From NCBI RefSeq assembly GCF_021028975.2, contig NC_059435.1, positions 54,560,001 through 54,624,000 on the forward strand: 64,000 nucleotides of DNA. Direction: 5' to 3'. The notes beneath the pieces are model-generated. The model was not told the origin of the DNA and did no database searches. It saw only the letters and a program-made list of their open reading frames with translations. Positions 37,675-50,392 of this stretch are shown here, one piece after another (position 1 is the stretch's first letter; each line of letters begins with the position of its first letter). Made by a program: the position numbers and the translations under genes. Source of the DNA: Sphaerodactylus townsendi. Taxonomy: Eukaryota.

Positions 37675-38487
37675 TCTTACCCTACATAATCTCCTAATGT
37701 TACGACAAGCCAATGGGTTCGCAGAAGAGTGCGTGGCTGAGGGTGTGCAGTCATGTTCAAAAAAGCCCTGCAGACAAAGGTGCCAGGCTCCTCTCCTGCC
37801 AGGCCTCCTGCCTTCCTCCCCATTCCCCCTGCTACCACCAGCAGGTCAAACTGGCTGATGGAGCAAAGCACCTTGGTGCCTGTTGCCCCACTTGCCTAGC
37901 AAGGCACTCTCACTGCACCCGCATCCCTACCAGGTCATCCTGGCCAACAGAGCAAGGGTCACCTTGGCCCCCACTACTCTGTTGGCCCAGCAAGGCTCTC
38001 CTGCCTCCCCAACATTCCCACCAGACCATCCTGGCTGGCAGAGCAGGACTGCCTTGGCTCCCGCTGCTCCGCTGGTCCGGCAAACCCCCTCACCCCAAGC
38101 ATCTGCATTCCACTCCCCAACCCAAGCCTCACCTTTTCACCCTCCTCCACTCCAACCCTCCCCATTCTATTCTCCCCCACCCCAAGCCTCACCTTTCCAC
38201 CCTTTCCCCACCCACACCTCACCTTTCCACTCTACCTCCACTCCATGCCTCACCTTCCAAACCTTCCCCAATCCTCAACTTTCCACCTTCCCCAAACCAC
38301 AGTTTACTGAGCATTCCCACCCCCAAGCCACAGACTCAGAACTTAGAACTGGGTAGGTGGGAAGCATAGCTGGGAAGGGGGGGGGGACTGCTGCCTCAGC
38401 AAAGCCCATTGCAGGGGAAAATGCTTCCCCCTGCACCCTTTGCTAGGGCCCACTGCATCTTCCCCTGCAATGGACTTTGCTGTTAGT
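37675..38487 (+). mobile_element. Candidate non-autonomous Helitron
   Basis: a|TCttaccctacataat 5' end; subterminal hairpin followed by TTAG|t (CTAG-like); no TSD. Confidence 0.45.
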
Positions 38488-40667
38488 AATGTCATAATAG
38501 AGTTATCAAGATATAAATTACAAAATTATAACATTACTCAGTCCAGTCTTAGACACAGTTTCTTTTTTTCCTGAATCTGTTTTAGGGTGACTGTTCCAAA
38601 TTCTAGTAGGTAGCAGTTCAAACCTTTATTAGACATAAACCCGAAAAAAAGTAAAAGTAAAAAAACAATCCCAGAGCGTTAAAAATCAATTCTAGTAGGG
38701 AATTGTACCGAATTGTACCATTAATTGTACCGAACCAAAATAAATAATTGTTGTGTTATTTGGCTAAAAATGTACAACTCCTGAGGACAGCATCTTGGAA
38801 CGCGGCTGATCAATGTTCAGAGTGCCGAATTGGACATGAAAAGCAACTTGTACTGTTTGCTTGAAATACTTTTGCGTGTATTTTAGATGACTTTATACTT
38901 TGTCTCTCTAAAATTTGCATTGTGTTTCTTGCTACTGCATATGCCATAAAATTTTGAACCTAAATATTTTTTTCTGTCTGGCTTCTATATATATAAAATG
39001 AAGCAACCGGTTTTGAAACTCTAGACAGAAATTGGCACTTTTCTGTTTTTTGTCTTGCTGTTGTATACAGCTATTGATAACCTTGTGAATTCTTGGAGAA
39101 ATTGTCAGTAGGTGGACTGTAATTTTGCTATTGTTATTCTAGACACTGGTAATAGTTTCAACTAATCAAACTGTAATGCAATAGTAGGCACAACTTACAC
39201 TGTGTGTTCTCCTAAGTGTACCATAATTAACATTGTAACTTTACAATTGCTAGACCCTACAGGAGCACATAAAGCCAGAGCCTGTAATTTGAAAAGGTTT
39301 AACAGATCTTGAGGCTTCAAATGCCTATCTCTGGTCCTCTTCTGGGAGAGAAAACCATATAATCTGTATGTAGACCTTCAGCAAGTCTCAAGTATGCAAA
39401 TACTGTTGTACACAGAACAAAATGTATTAATTAAAATTACTTATTATATGAGCACATATTTGCATGAGGATACACAGTAAAATTAGTCACTGAACTGCTG
39501 AATGTGGATTTCATACATAAGGTGAAGTAAACTGTTATGTGAGATATAACCCTGCCACCTGCCACCCCCACCCCCCAATTAGGTAGCAATTTTTTCACAG
39601 CCTTTGCAGAAAGCTGTTTCTAAGCAGATGGACAAAGAGGAACTATACCCCTGGTGTTGAAATGATGAACCTTTGCCCTTGCATGAAACTTACTAGTTAA
39701 GATAGCATGTACTCCTATCCACAGTCGATCAGTCATGTGTAACTATTCTTGACAATGGCTGGATTTGCTACTCGGTACTGGTAGCCAATGAGATTGCCAG
39801 AATGGCAAAATAAAAAGATTGGATCTATTTCCCGAGGGATAGTTATTCGTTCTGCTTTCGTCCTATCTCCCTACTCAAAGTGAAGACAACACACAGTAAT
39901 TTGTGAGGGACAGCCATGTAAGTATATTGCCGCAAGAGTAAAGTGGAATCTTGTGGTACCTTAGAGACCTACAGAATTCAATAGCAGGGTAAGTGTCCCT
40001 CCATTTCAGCTTCAACAAGAAGATCCTCACTATGCAACCTTTCATTTAAGTTTTAAAAAATAAACACTGAGGGTAAGGGGCCATAAAATGCAATAAGTAC
40101 AGGGTAAAATGCATACATGTTTCATCCAGAAAAATACAAAGCATTAGTTAATCCTAGTTTGCAAACACCTTTAATGAGTGTCACTGGTTTTGATAAGAAA
40201 AAAGGGTCTATGTTTTTTTAAAAAAAATAATAACATTAAGAAGTCCATTTTCAGGCAGAAAGGGGGAATATTATGCAAACTTAATGAATATAATTCAGCA
40301 TTTTTATCCTGGTTTTCATATGAAGGTTGTTTGAGTTTTGTTTCTGTTTTCAGGTCAGCAACACAATGTCTTTTGGAGACTGAAATGTTCTCGCACTGTT
40401 TTCTGAATATTGTGATTAAAGTCATATTTGTTCCATCCTTTCGTGTGGGGGCTGGCCTGTTTGTCCCATGGAGAGAGCAGAAGGGCATTATTGGCACATG
40501 AGGGCTTCTGCTGGGGGATGACCAAGTGGACATACCCTTCGACAAGGACATACCCTTAGATAGTGCCTGAATGAATTTTGGAAGAAGTGTCTTGGTTTAT
40601 GCTAGTTGCTGAGTCTGTCCCTCTGTCAGGTGACTCATGGTTGGCAATAAGCTGTTTTAAGTTATGG

Positions 40668-41083
40668 CAGGGGTCACCAACCTGGCACGTTGTGGGTGCC
40701 ATAGTACCTGCCACATCTTTCCAAGGACCCTCCAAAGTGGGTGGGGCCAAGTGGAGCTTTTGCCTAACAAGCCTTTTTATTAGCCTTTGGAGAACTGATT
40801 GACTTTAAAAAAAGTTACTTCAGCATCAGCTGCAACAACAGCACAAAGATCTTCACTGACAGACTAAAAGTGATGTTTAAAATGGTGTTCATTTCAAAAG
40901 GGCTGCTGTTCAACAGCACTTCTGCCTCAGTTGTTAAGGAGTTACTATTAGAGTTTTGCATGACTTCACTCCCTCGCAGTTTGTGTTTAGCTCCCTCTTG
41001 CGGCCACTATTTTGGGGATGTGCCTACTACCCTGTGTCAGAATTCCAAAAGTGGCTCAGAATCAAAAAGATTGAGGACCCTGG
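40668..41083. mobile_element. Probable hAT-type non-autonomous element
   Basis: caggggtcaccaacc start and attgaggaccctg end (degenerate TIRs). Confidence 0.55.
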
Positions 41084-41274
41084 GATCTTTAAGCAAGGTC
41101 TGGCCTTCTACACAAGCCCTGTGTAAGACTCAGTAAAATTGAGCTCTAGCTCATGAAAACGAAAATGTTTAGTTTTTAAGATACCACAAGACCGTCAACA
41201 GGGAATTATTTGCTCTTGTTGACCATGATACAGTGATACCATTTTCACTGTGATTCCTCACTGGATAAGGGTAC

Positions 41275-41442
41275 ATAGTGAACAAAACCATCTAAAAGGA
41301 GCTGTAGTTGGGACAGAGGCAGTAAACCTCTAAATACTAGTGTTAGGAGGTAACATCAGGGGAAGGCCTCAACCTCTATGCTCTGATGTTGGACCTCCAG
41401 AAGAACAGGTTGGCCACTGTGAGACAGTACTGGACTAGATCG
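41275..41442 (+). mobile_element. CR1 3'UTR fragment
   Basis: gaggcagtaaacctct...ggttggccactgtg...tggactagat. Confidence 0.6.
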
Positions 41443-41581
41443 ATACTGAGAAGACTAAATTGGTAAAAAAATTAATTTTAGCAAAAACTTGAAATTGCAG
41501 CTTTCCTTGAACCTCATGAATTGCTTAGAACAGCACTAATTCGACAATTGTAAACGTTATTCGCTGGAAAACTGAAAACTG

Positions 41582-41856
41582 GAAGAAGAGAAGTTTGGAT
41601 TTATACCCTGCCTTCCTCTCCTGTAAGGAGGCTAAAGGCAGCTTATAAACTCCTTTCCCTTCCACTCCCAACAACAGACATGTGAGGTAGGTGGGACTGA
41701 GAGAGTTCTGAACAAACTGTGCCAAGCCCAGGGTCACCCAGCAGGAATGTAGGAGTGGAGAAATAAATTTGGTTCACCAGATAAGAGTCTGTCTCTCAGG
41801 AGAATCAAACCCAGTTCTCCAGATTAGAGTCCACCAGCTCTTAACCACTACACCAA
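41582..41856 (-). mobile_element. tRNA-derived squamate SINE
   Basis: Same family in reverse orientation. Confidence 0.8.
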
Positions 41857-42722
41857 TCTGGCCACTTGTAATGACTTCTTTTTCTTGTTGTGTCTAAATA
41901 GATGATTTGAGTGAAGGCAGGAAATGTTTCCAACAAGTTTAATTTTTTAATGGCAGAGTAGTCACAAAGGCTCACAAATATATTGAATCCATCTTCCCTC
42001 TGATTTATTTCAGTTTGGAGAAAAATTAGTGGCTTGCCAGCTTGTACATAAGCAGAAATATGTATCTGGCTGAACATCCATGATACTGGAAACCACAAGA
42101 TGGAAAATGGAAAAAGTTTGACAATGTGAGATTTTTGTTTTTTAAGTAACATTCTGTAAAAGCACTTACATATTTTGAAGTGAAATCACAGGAAAATCTG
42201 CTCTTTATAATGATGAAATAGCCTAGTTCCTTGTACAACGTGTGACTGCGGACTTCCAAGTTAATCCAACAAAAACTTCCTGAAAAAGTATTGCCCGAAT
42301 CTGTTTTTTGTATAATCTGTTTTATATACTCTTTTTAATGAGAGTGATTTTGCAATCAAAGTCTCATTAGAAGCACGGGTATTTCATGTCATTTTGATGT
42401 TCTGCAAATGAAAATCTCAGGGGAGCTGGGGAGCGAAATCTGTTTCCTTTATTCTAATAAAGTTGCTCATCACGCGCATACAGAAGTTGGCATGAATTTG
42501 TTTAACACAGCAAAAAAACTATGTTCTTCCTGTGCTGTAAGTGACAAGATATTTTTCCCAGTTCTGATCATGTCATCACATGACATTAAGCAAATTGTGT
42601 AACTTCTTTATGTGGCACTTTCTCCTAAAATATATAAACACTGACAATAACTTGACAGTTGTATGCTCTGGTGATAACATTGATGGCATTTTTTGGGGGG
42701 AACATTTGTTGTGCCCCAGTAG

Positions 42723-42887
42723 CAGGGGCAGAGGGAGGGGAACTGTGCCTGGGGCACACGTGCGCCCTGCACCCCTGCCGCAGCACCACCCGCCTCAGAA
42801 CATCCCCTCCACATTCTGGGCACGCTACTGTACCAGCACGCACCCTGGATGTCGCAACCTCCCTGTCCCGTGGGCGCTACGCCACTG
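42723..42887. mobile_element. GC-rich hAT-type MITE related to 2905-3023
   Basis: Same termini and internal motif; TSD cccagtag/tccagtag. Confidence 0.8.
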
Positions 42888-43689
42888 TCCAGTAGACATT
42901 TCTTTCCAGACACAATAGCATGGTGCAAATCCAGCTTTATTTTAGGTGCCTGGCTAAGACAGTTTCTTTAATAGTTGGACAACGTCTGCTTTAGCATTCC
43001 TGTTCTCTCCCCCTGCCCTGTGCTTCTAAAGATTTACCTTCATGTAGTTTTGTGTTTTGTGATAGTTGTATTGTCCTCTTTTATATTGTCTATTTTATTT
43101 AATTATTTAATTTTGGAAACCTTTCACAAATGGAAAGCCTGGAGATATATATTCAAAACAAAACCCCAAGGATGATCATGCAGGACTCTACAGGATTTTT
43201 GTGGGGATAAAATGTAGAGAGGGCAATGCATACTCTTTGGAATAAGGCTTAGGGACTGGCATATATTTAGCCTGATATATGGAATCCCCAATCCCAAAAA
43301 TATATTCACTTCAGTATATGTATTGTTGGCCTTTCAAACAATGGTGAAGACAGTTGTTTTCTAGAAAGCCTTGAGGGTTGCTGAAACTAGTTTTCTTGGT
43401 TTTAATGCTGGACCCTGGGTGGTATTTGTTTTCCCATTGCTGCTAGGAATAATTATCATTGTTCTTTTAAGGTTTTATCCTGAATTGGATAGAAGGTATA
43501 AATAAAAAAAGGTATAAATAAAATAAATTAAAGGTTTTCAGTTCTATCCATGAAGTCTGAGGAAAATACTGTCTGAATTTACCCTTTCAAAAACGAGAGA
43601 TGTTCTTCGAGGCTGTGCAGTAACTGATTTGTTTCCCACATTCACTGTGAGGTAGTCCGAGAAAAAACATGCTGAACATTCATTACCTT

Positions 43690-43974
43690 ATCACCTGCAG
43701 TTATGTGGAAGCTCTTCCTTCCTTTTCCCTTCTGTAGTGAAATTAGCATAGGAAAGCAGAGCTTGAACTGTGAATTCCTGTTATTCCAAAATGCCCCATG
43801 TGGCAGAGCATTTCCTTATCGCTAACAAACCAGAATGCACTCCTGAACTGTCAGTTCTCAGAAATGAGCATGACTTTCCTCCTTTCGGGCCTCCACAGCA
43901 TAGGATACAAAAAGAACCCCTTACCCTTCCTATTCTAGAGAAAGGGGGAGAGAGTGGTTAGTAATACATTGACA
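43690..43974 (+). promoter_or_regulatory. Non-CpG proximal promoter of the MRC1-like gene with clustered GGAA/TTCC (ETS/PU.1-like) cores
   Basis: tcttccttccttttccc near 43713, taggaaag near 43749, ttcctgtt near 43775, ttccttatc near 43812; fits a myeloid promoter (inference). Confidence 0.45.
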
Positions 43975-44032
43975 ATGACTCTTCCTTTGTTCCTGGTTTT
44001 TCTTTCGGTTCTGCGAGGCGTTTCACTCTTGG
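43975..44032 (+). CDS. MRC1: MRC1-like exon 1, signal peptide MTLPLFLVFLSVLRGVSLL
   Basis: Resembles human MRLPLLLVFASVIPGAVLLL; phase-1 G|GTaagt donor joins exon 2 to give D. Confidence 0.85.
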
Positions 44033-45261
44033 GTAAGTCTTTATTAGATTATTGCCAAGAATATGGGTGTTAAGGTGAAATTAAAACTCTGATTTACTTT
44101 CCACAAGTAGGAAAGTCAATTCCACTTCTCAATGAGACGCTCGGTGAGTTGAATTGCACAATGAACGTTACCAAAATGTGAGGGGGTGTGTGTGTGTTGC
44201 CTTTTCTGTTTAAAGAGTCTGCTTGATATTTTGTTGCTTGACGTTTTGGCCTTTCAAATAATGTTTTAAGTCTTATATGTAAATGTATTTTGCCTGAATG
44301 AATATATACACATTGGAAATTATCAGAGAATTTACAGAGAAACCCTAAAATGCCAGTCCCGGTTGTGCAACATTTAGATACTTCTCAGAGTCATAAAATG
44401 TTGCTATCTTATTCTAAGCATTTTTCTCGTGATTGGATATGTGCTCTTGGGCATGAAAGAAATGATTTTATCCACTGAACACTGTCTCTGGCCACCAGCT
44501 TGAAGGACGGTTAATCCAAGACTAGGTCCCAGGTCCATCACTAGCAAGCGAATGAGAAGGGGGTAGCTCTGTTTAAGATTGTTCTGTTAATCTTTAGGAT
44601 TCTCCAAATCTTCAGCTCAAGCAGACACACGACACGAAGCCAAGAAAATACATTTCGTATATGTTTACATGTATTTCCCCCCCTTTGTTGACTAGTAATA
44701 CATTATAAAAGTCATCTGGCCACATCAAGTGCTCTGTTTAGCTTTCTATCATTTTTTAAATGTTACGGGTACTCTTAATTGGAGATAGAAATATGGATTT
44801 GCAGGTACACCCATGGTTGTGTACCTTGCAACCATTCAGGATCATCTCCAGGCTTCTGGTTTCTCAGCAAGATGCCATGTACCAGAGACCCTCCCCCAAC
44901 AGTATGCATTAGGAATGCCAATGCTTACCTCCCACCCTCCGACACAGGTTAGGCAGCAGGGGCAATTGTCTCCTCAATTGCTCAAGAGAACCTGTGGCAA
45001 TGACTGCTGCTACCCTCTGAAAGTCCCTCCCATCCCAGTTCACCTCAATCTAGAATTTATTAACAAGTAAGAAAAGTTTCTCGTCTTGTAAGAAAAGCAC
45101 AAAGACACCTTGTAGCTAAGTTGGCAGGTTCCAGGTGGGTCCTTGAGATCTCCAGGAATGTATGACAGAATGGAAGCATTCTCAGGATACACCATGACTT
45201 GCCAGGAGTATTTTGAAAAGAGGCCAGCCCCAATTTGTAGCATGCTCCAGAAAGCTCCAGA

Positions 45262-45757
45262 ATGTCCCAACTAGGCCTCTGCCAACAGCGGAGGCAAATT
45301 TGCTGGTGGCCCCTGGCCCCTCTTTGGTGCATCTGGCCTCCACCCAGTCTAGGGCTTTTATCACCCTGGCCCCTGCTTGGTGGAACACTCTCCCTCCAGC
45401 TATCAGGGCCCTGCGGGACCTTGAACAGTTCTGCAGGGCCTGTAAAACGGAGTGGTTCCATTGGCCAGGGGGGGTGGGGGGTGGGCAGTAGCTGATTACC
45501 ACCATCCTTCCACCTACCCCAGCTATCTTCCCCAACACTACCACCATTGGCTGCCAAGTGCTGTGTCTGGTCCTCTCCCAGGGGCGGTAGGAGGTTTGTT
45601 CCAGGATGCCAGTTAATGTTTAGACATCTCTGTTGTTGAGGTTTTATGTAACTAGAGTTGTTTTAATTATTAGATTGTGATTTAATGGTTGTTTTTATTC
45701 ATTGTACATCAGAGCCCTTTGGGGTGCTCTGTTTATTAAATCTAACGAATAAATAAA
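45262..45757 (+). mobile_element. L2-clade LINE 3' fragment
   Basis: RAFITLAPAWWNTLPPAIRALRDLEQFCRACKT, ending in an aataaataaa tail. Confidence 0.8.
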
Positions 45758-48109
45758 AGGATTTGGGAGAATGGGAAAAAATCCATCAGAACAGGAGTTC
45801 TGTGAATTGCTCAAGTTTGAGAAATGCTGAGCTAGGTGAAAAACACAAATGCAGTCGTATGAACATTTCTAGTCAGACCTTCGCAAAATAAGTGCAATCT
45901 TCACAAATGGTGAAGTGTCTTTGCAGACAGTCCAGGATTTGGCACTTTCATCCCATGACATGTGATCAGCATAATAATTATGTAGCTTGCATTCTTGCTA
46001 CAATGTAACTAATGCCTTTTCTGACTTATTCAGTAAGCAATTGATACAGAGCCTGTAGTAGTATGGCCAGATGTTAGGTACAGCGATTACTCAAACTGAA
46101 TTGCAAGATATGTCTTTAAATTCAAATAACCAGAGGTTGGATCCAAACTAACTCTTCCAAAGGCATGATGGAACTTTCCTTCCTCTCCTCTCCCACTATT
46201 ATTCTCAATGTTTTAAAGTGCTATAATTATTATATTTCCAGGAAAGTATCTCTTCAGGTATCACTCCCACCTCCCTTATCAAATTCCATTTTCCCAACTG
46301 AAAAAAATCCTCTCACATGGACACAANNNNNNNNNNNNNNNNNNNNNNNNNNNNNNNNNNNNNNNNNNNNNNNNNNNNNNNNNNNNNNNNNNNNNNNNNN
46401 NNNNNNNNNNNNNNNNNNNNNNNNNNNNNNNNNNNNNNNNNNNNNNNNNNNNNNNNNNNNNNNNNNNNNNNNNNNNNNNNNNNNNAAATGTAGACATGGC
46501 ACCTCTATGGCTCTACCCACTGTCTCCAATAAGGCTTCCAGTGGTTCAGGGAGCTTAAGAGAGCCCTGAAATGTACCCGCTGCCAGAAAGCCCCATGGGA
46601 TTTCAAGGACATATGCTGTCAAAAGGGAGGCATACGTCCAAGAGCCAGTTGCACAGTGCCAATCTGGACTGGGGAGCCTAATGCAGGCTCACCAGCTGAG
46701 TGAGCTCCCCTCCCAGTGTTGATCTGGGCTGGCAAGCCTGCTAAGGGCTGACCAGCAGAGATAGCCACCCCTCCCAGTGCTGTACATTTCCCCCAGTGAT
46801 TATCTTAGCTGGCTTTGGCTGCTGTGGGTTCATCAACTGAGGCAGCAGCCATCGCCCCAGGGCCAACCACTTCCCCCTTTGCCATTCTGGGCTGGCGAGC
46901 GTGGCAGCCAAGGTAGTTTACAACCCCCTCCCATGCTGATCTGGGCTGGCAAGCCTGCTGTGGACTCAACAACCAAGGCAGCCACACACACACACACACA
47001 CACACACACCCCGTAAAAATGAGTAGAACCTCACAATGTTTATACTTATTATAGAGAATTTTACTGCAGATCTGAATTGAACTTTTAACATTGCTGGTTC
47101 CAATGGGAAGGAAGGATCATGGCGGACAATGTTCTAGATTGCTAGTGTATCAGCAAGAGATTGGTTTTCTCCAAATAAGGTCCTTTCAACTTAGGATAAA
47201 TTTTCAATGTGCTAAGTGGAGTAGTCTTTTTACTTGCCGTCTCATAAATAGTTAGGAAAATTGCAGGCATGGCACATTACTAGTTTATAGAAATCTGGGC
47301 TAATTGTTAGTGCAACAATGTAATAAAAGACTTTATCACCTTGTTGATAATTGTACATTTCCTTGTATTGTGCACAAGGAAAACTGACTAGTAAACAGCA
47401 AGAATTTGTCTCCAGTATTCATCAGTGTTCTGATATTTGTTAATGGGCTGGAAGCCAAGAGGGACATAAGGAGGAAACCAGAGAATGGATGAGATAAGTC
47501 TAGGTCAGCTTTTTCATTGAAATGGAAGGACATTCATTTCCAGGTTATCCTTCTCCAGGACAGTTACCCACTGGCATGTCAACAATACAAATAAAATGTA
47601 GTTTGGCTTGTTATAGGATCAAATATTTATAGTACAAACCCAGTGATCTTTGCTCGTACCCAGAGTGCCTGAAGCCTTATTCCTACCTTGGTTCTTTTTT
47701 CCCTCCATACTCCAGCTGTTCTAGGAAGTAATTAATTGTGTTTAATTCTGCAGTTTGGATGTGTTTAATTCTGTAGTTTGGATCAATTGTTAAGCTGGTC
47801 CCACTATGGCATAGTTGAGGTTCTATGTATGAACCATGCCATTCTATTTTAACACATAGGATGGTATGCAATAAGTTCCATATGCTTATATGGATGCTAC
47901 TGTACATTCAAAATAGATGTTGCAAACTTTTTCAAACATGCTTTTGAAGGCAGCATAAGGTCTTCAAACCTTATGGGGCAGGATATGTGTGGGTGGGTGG
48001 GTGGTTACTTATTGTTATAGTTTTATAGAGAAGGAGAGAGTTTTAATATCCCACCCCTCCTTGGGGCAGCTTACAACAATAATAAAACAATAAAAACAGT
48101 AAACATTTA

Positions 48110-48321
48110 GGGTGTTGTGTGGTTTCCGGGCTGCATGGCCGTGTTCTAGTAGCATTTTCTCCCGATGTTTCACCTGCATCTGTGGCTGGCAACTTCATAT
48201 GATCTGAAGCCACAGATGCAAGCGAAACGCCAGGAGAAAATGCTACTAGAACACGGCCACACAGCTCAGAAACCACACAACACCCCAGTGATTCCGGCCG
48301 TGAAAACCTTCAACAATACAT
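48110..48321. mobile_element. Penelope-like hairpin element
   Basis: Long inverted arms plus ccgtgaaaaccttcaacaataca tail; TSD taaacattta. Confidence 0.75.
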
Positions 48322-48338
48322 TAAACATTTAAATATTT

Positions 48339-48579
48339 GGTTGTGGTGGGTTTTCTGGGCTGTGTGGCCATGGTCTGGTGGATCTTGTTCCTAACGTTTC
48401 GCCTGCATCTGTGCCTGGCATCTTCAGAGGTGTATCACAGAGGGAAGTCTGTTACACACTGTTACATGCCACAGATGCAGGTGAAACATTAGGAACAAGA
48501 TCCACCAGACCACGGCCACACAGCCTGGAAAACCCACCAGAACTAGTTGAATCCGACCGTGAAAGCCTTCGACAATACG
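48339..48579. mobile_element. Penelope-like hairpin element
   Basis: Long inverted arms plus ccgtgaaagccttcgacaatac tail; TSD tttaaatattt. Confidence 0.75.
48390..48430 (-). ncRNA. Minimal type I hammerhead ribozyme motif within a Penelope-like element
   Basis: CCU-CUGAAGA-UGCC...GGC-GAAA-C-GUU-AGG: intact core, stem I CCU/AGG, stem II GCC/GGC, palindromic AACGUU stem III. Confidence 0.7.
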
Positions 48580-48849
48580 TTTAAATATTTCATTAACATG
48601 AAACAAGCTTCCAAGTGGTGACTGGTTCCAACCCAGTACAATTTTAAAATTAACACACCAAGGAACCCAAATGGATCAGGTAATAATAATAAAGGTTAAT
48701 GTTTGAGAGTTAGTTAAATAGATAAAGTTGGTAATATTGATAAAAGTTGATGTAAGGTGATGGGGAAGCCTCAGATGTTAATCGCAGCTGCCTCAACCAT
48801 ATACCTGGTGGAACATTCCTGACTCTGTTTTCTCATGAGCACTATCACA

Positions 48850-49728
48850 AAGCTTTAGCAGACCTGGGGCAAAAAATCCAAACTTCACATACACGCTACA
48901 GGGGTCAGTTCTATCAGTCACAGACCAGGAAAGGGATTTAGGCGTCTTAGTTGATAGTTCCATGGGAATGTCAACTCAATGCATGGCAGCTGTGAAAAAG
49001 GCAAACTCTATGCTGGGGATCATTAGGAAAGGAATTGATAATAAACCAAAATTGTCATGCCCTTATATAAAGCGCAGTGGTGCGACCAAGCACTTGGAGT
49101 AATTGTGTCCAGTCTCTGGTCGCCGCATCTCAAAAAGGATATTGAGGAGATAGAAAAAGTGCAGAGAAGGGCAACAAGGATGATTGAGGGACTGGAGCAC
49201 CTTCCCTATGAGGAGAGGCTGCAGCGTTTGGGACTCTTTAGTTTGGAGAGGAGGCGGCTAAGGGGGGATATGGGATTGAAGTTCATAAAATTATGCATGG
49301 GGTAGAAAATGCTGACAGAGAGAAATTTTTCTCACAATAATTAGAACCAGGGGGCATTCATTGAAAATGCTGGGGGGAAGAATTAGGATCAATAAAGGGA
49401 AACACTTCTTCACGCTAACGCGTGATTGGTGTTTGGAACATGCCGCCACAGGAGGTGGTGATGGCCACTAACCTGGATAGCTTTAAAAGGGGCTTGGACA
49501 GATTTATGGAGGAGAAGTCGATTTATGGCTACCAATCTTGATCCTCTTTGATCTGAGATTGCAAATGCCTTAACAGACCAGGTGATCGGGAGCAACAGCC
49601 GCAGAAGGCCATTGCGTTCACATTCTACATGTGAGCTCCCAAAGGCACCTGGTGGGCCACTGCGAGTAGCAGAGAGCTGGACTAGATGGACTTTGGTCTG
49701 ATCCAGCTGGCTTGTTCTTATGTTCTTA
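48850..49728 (+). mobile_element. CR1 LINE, 5'-truncated (ORF2 C-terminus and 3'UTR), frameshifted
   Basis: [52 protein letters not shown]; (ttcttatg)n tail. Confidence 0.92.
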
Positions 49729-50392
49729 CCTGCCTAAGATGAAGACAATGCCACAATGATAGGATTTTGCATTACCTTATTTGAATATGCAAAGGTGGAC
49801 ATTGTCAGGTTTGGAAGACTTTTAGCTTGATTTATAGCCAATCCCAAGAAGAGTTACATTCTTGGAAAACTGCAGTTGTACTCTGTCTCACCAAAAGAAA
49901 AGGAAAAAGTGACCATTCACCACATGCTGGACCATCTCCATGGAGCATTCTTAAACAAAGATAGTCCAGCATGTGGTGAATGAAGTCACAATTTTGGTTT
50001 GTTTTTTTGTTGAGACAGAGAGAGGTACACAGAGCTAGTTTTCAACCATTTTTCCTGAAAAGAAGTTGGATGTTTCTCTGCAATTTGTCTTACACTGGCT
50101 CAAAATGTACCATGCTCAAAATAATGTACCAGCTCAAAATAATTTCCAGTACTGCCATACTTTTCCTTTGCTCCTGACTCTTTATGGAACCTATGGGTTC
50201 TGTCTGTCATCAGAGAGACATTTCATCAAATATGGATTGTTTTGTTTTCAACAGGGTGGTCACCACTTGGGGCTGCTTGTCCGAAGTAAGCCAGAACAGA
50301 AGTCCCAAATTTGGTGTTATTTTGGTTGGTCTTAAATCTATTACATGGCTTTTGCTTTTGGGTGTTATCAGTGTTTATCTTTATATCTATAG

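Noticed and set aside
37713-38369. 218-aa Pro/His-rich ORF
   Set aside because: Arises from a C-rich tandem repeat inside a probable transposon; no splice or homology support
38880-39040. Possible decayed TMEM236 exon: one frame reads LATAY-12 codons-WL-...-W, with spacing similar to my recollection of TMEM236 FATAY...YWL...IW
   Set aside because: Three in-frame stops, almost no other identities and low-complexity AT-rich sequence; chance is likely. Only a TBLASTN or HMM test could rescue it
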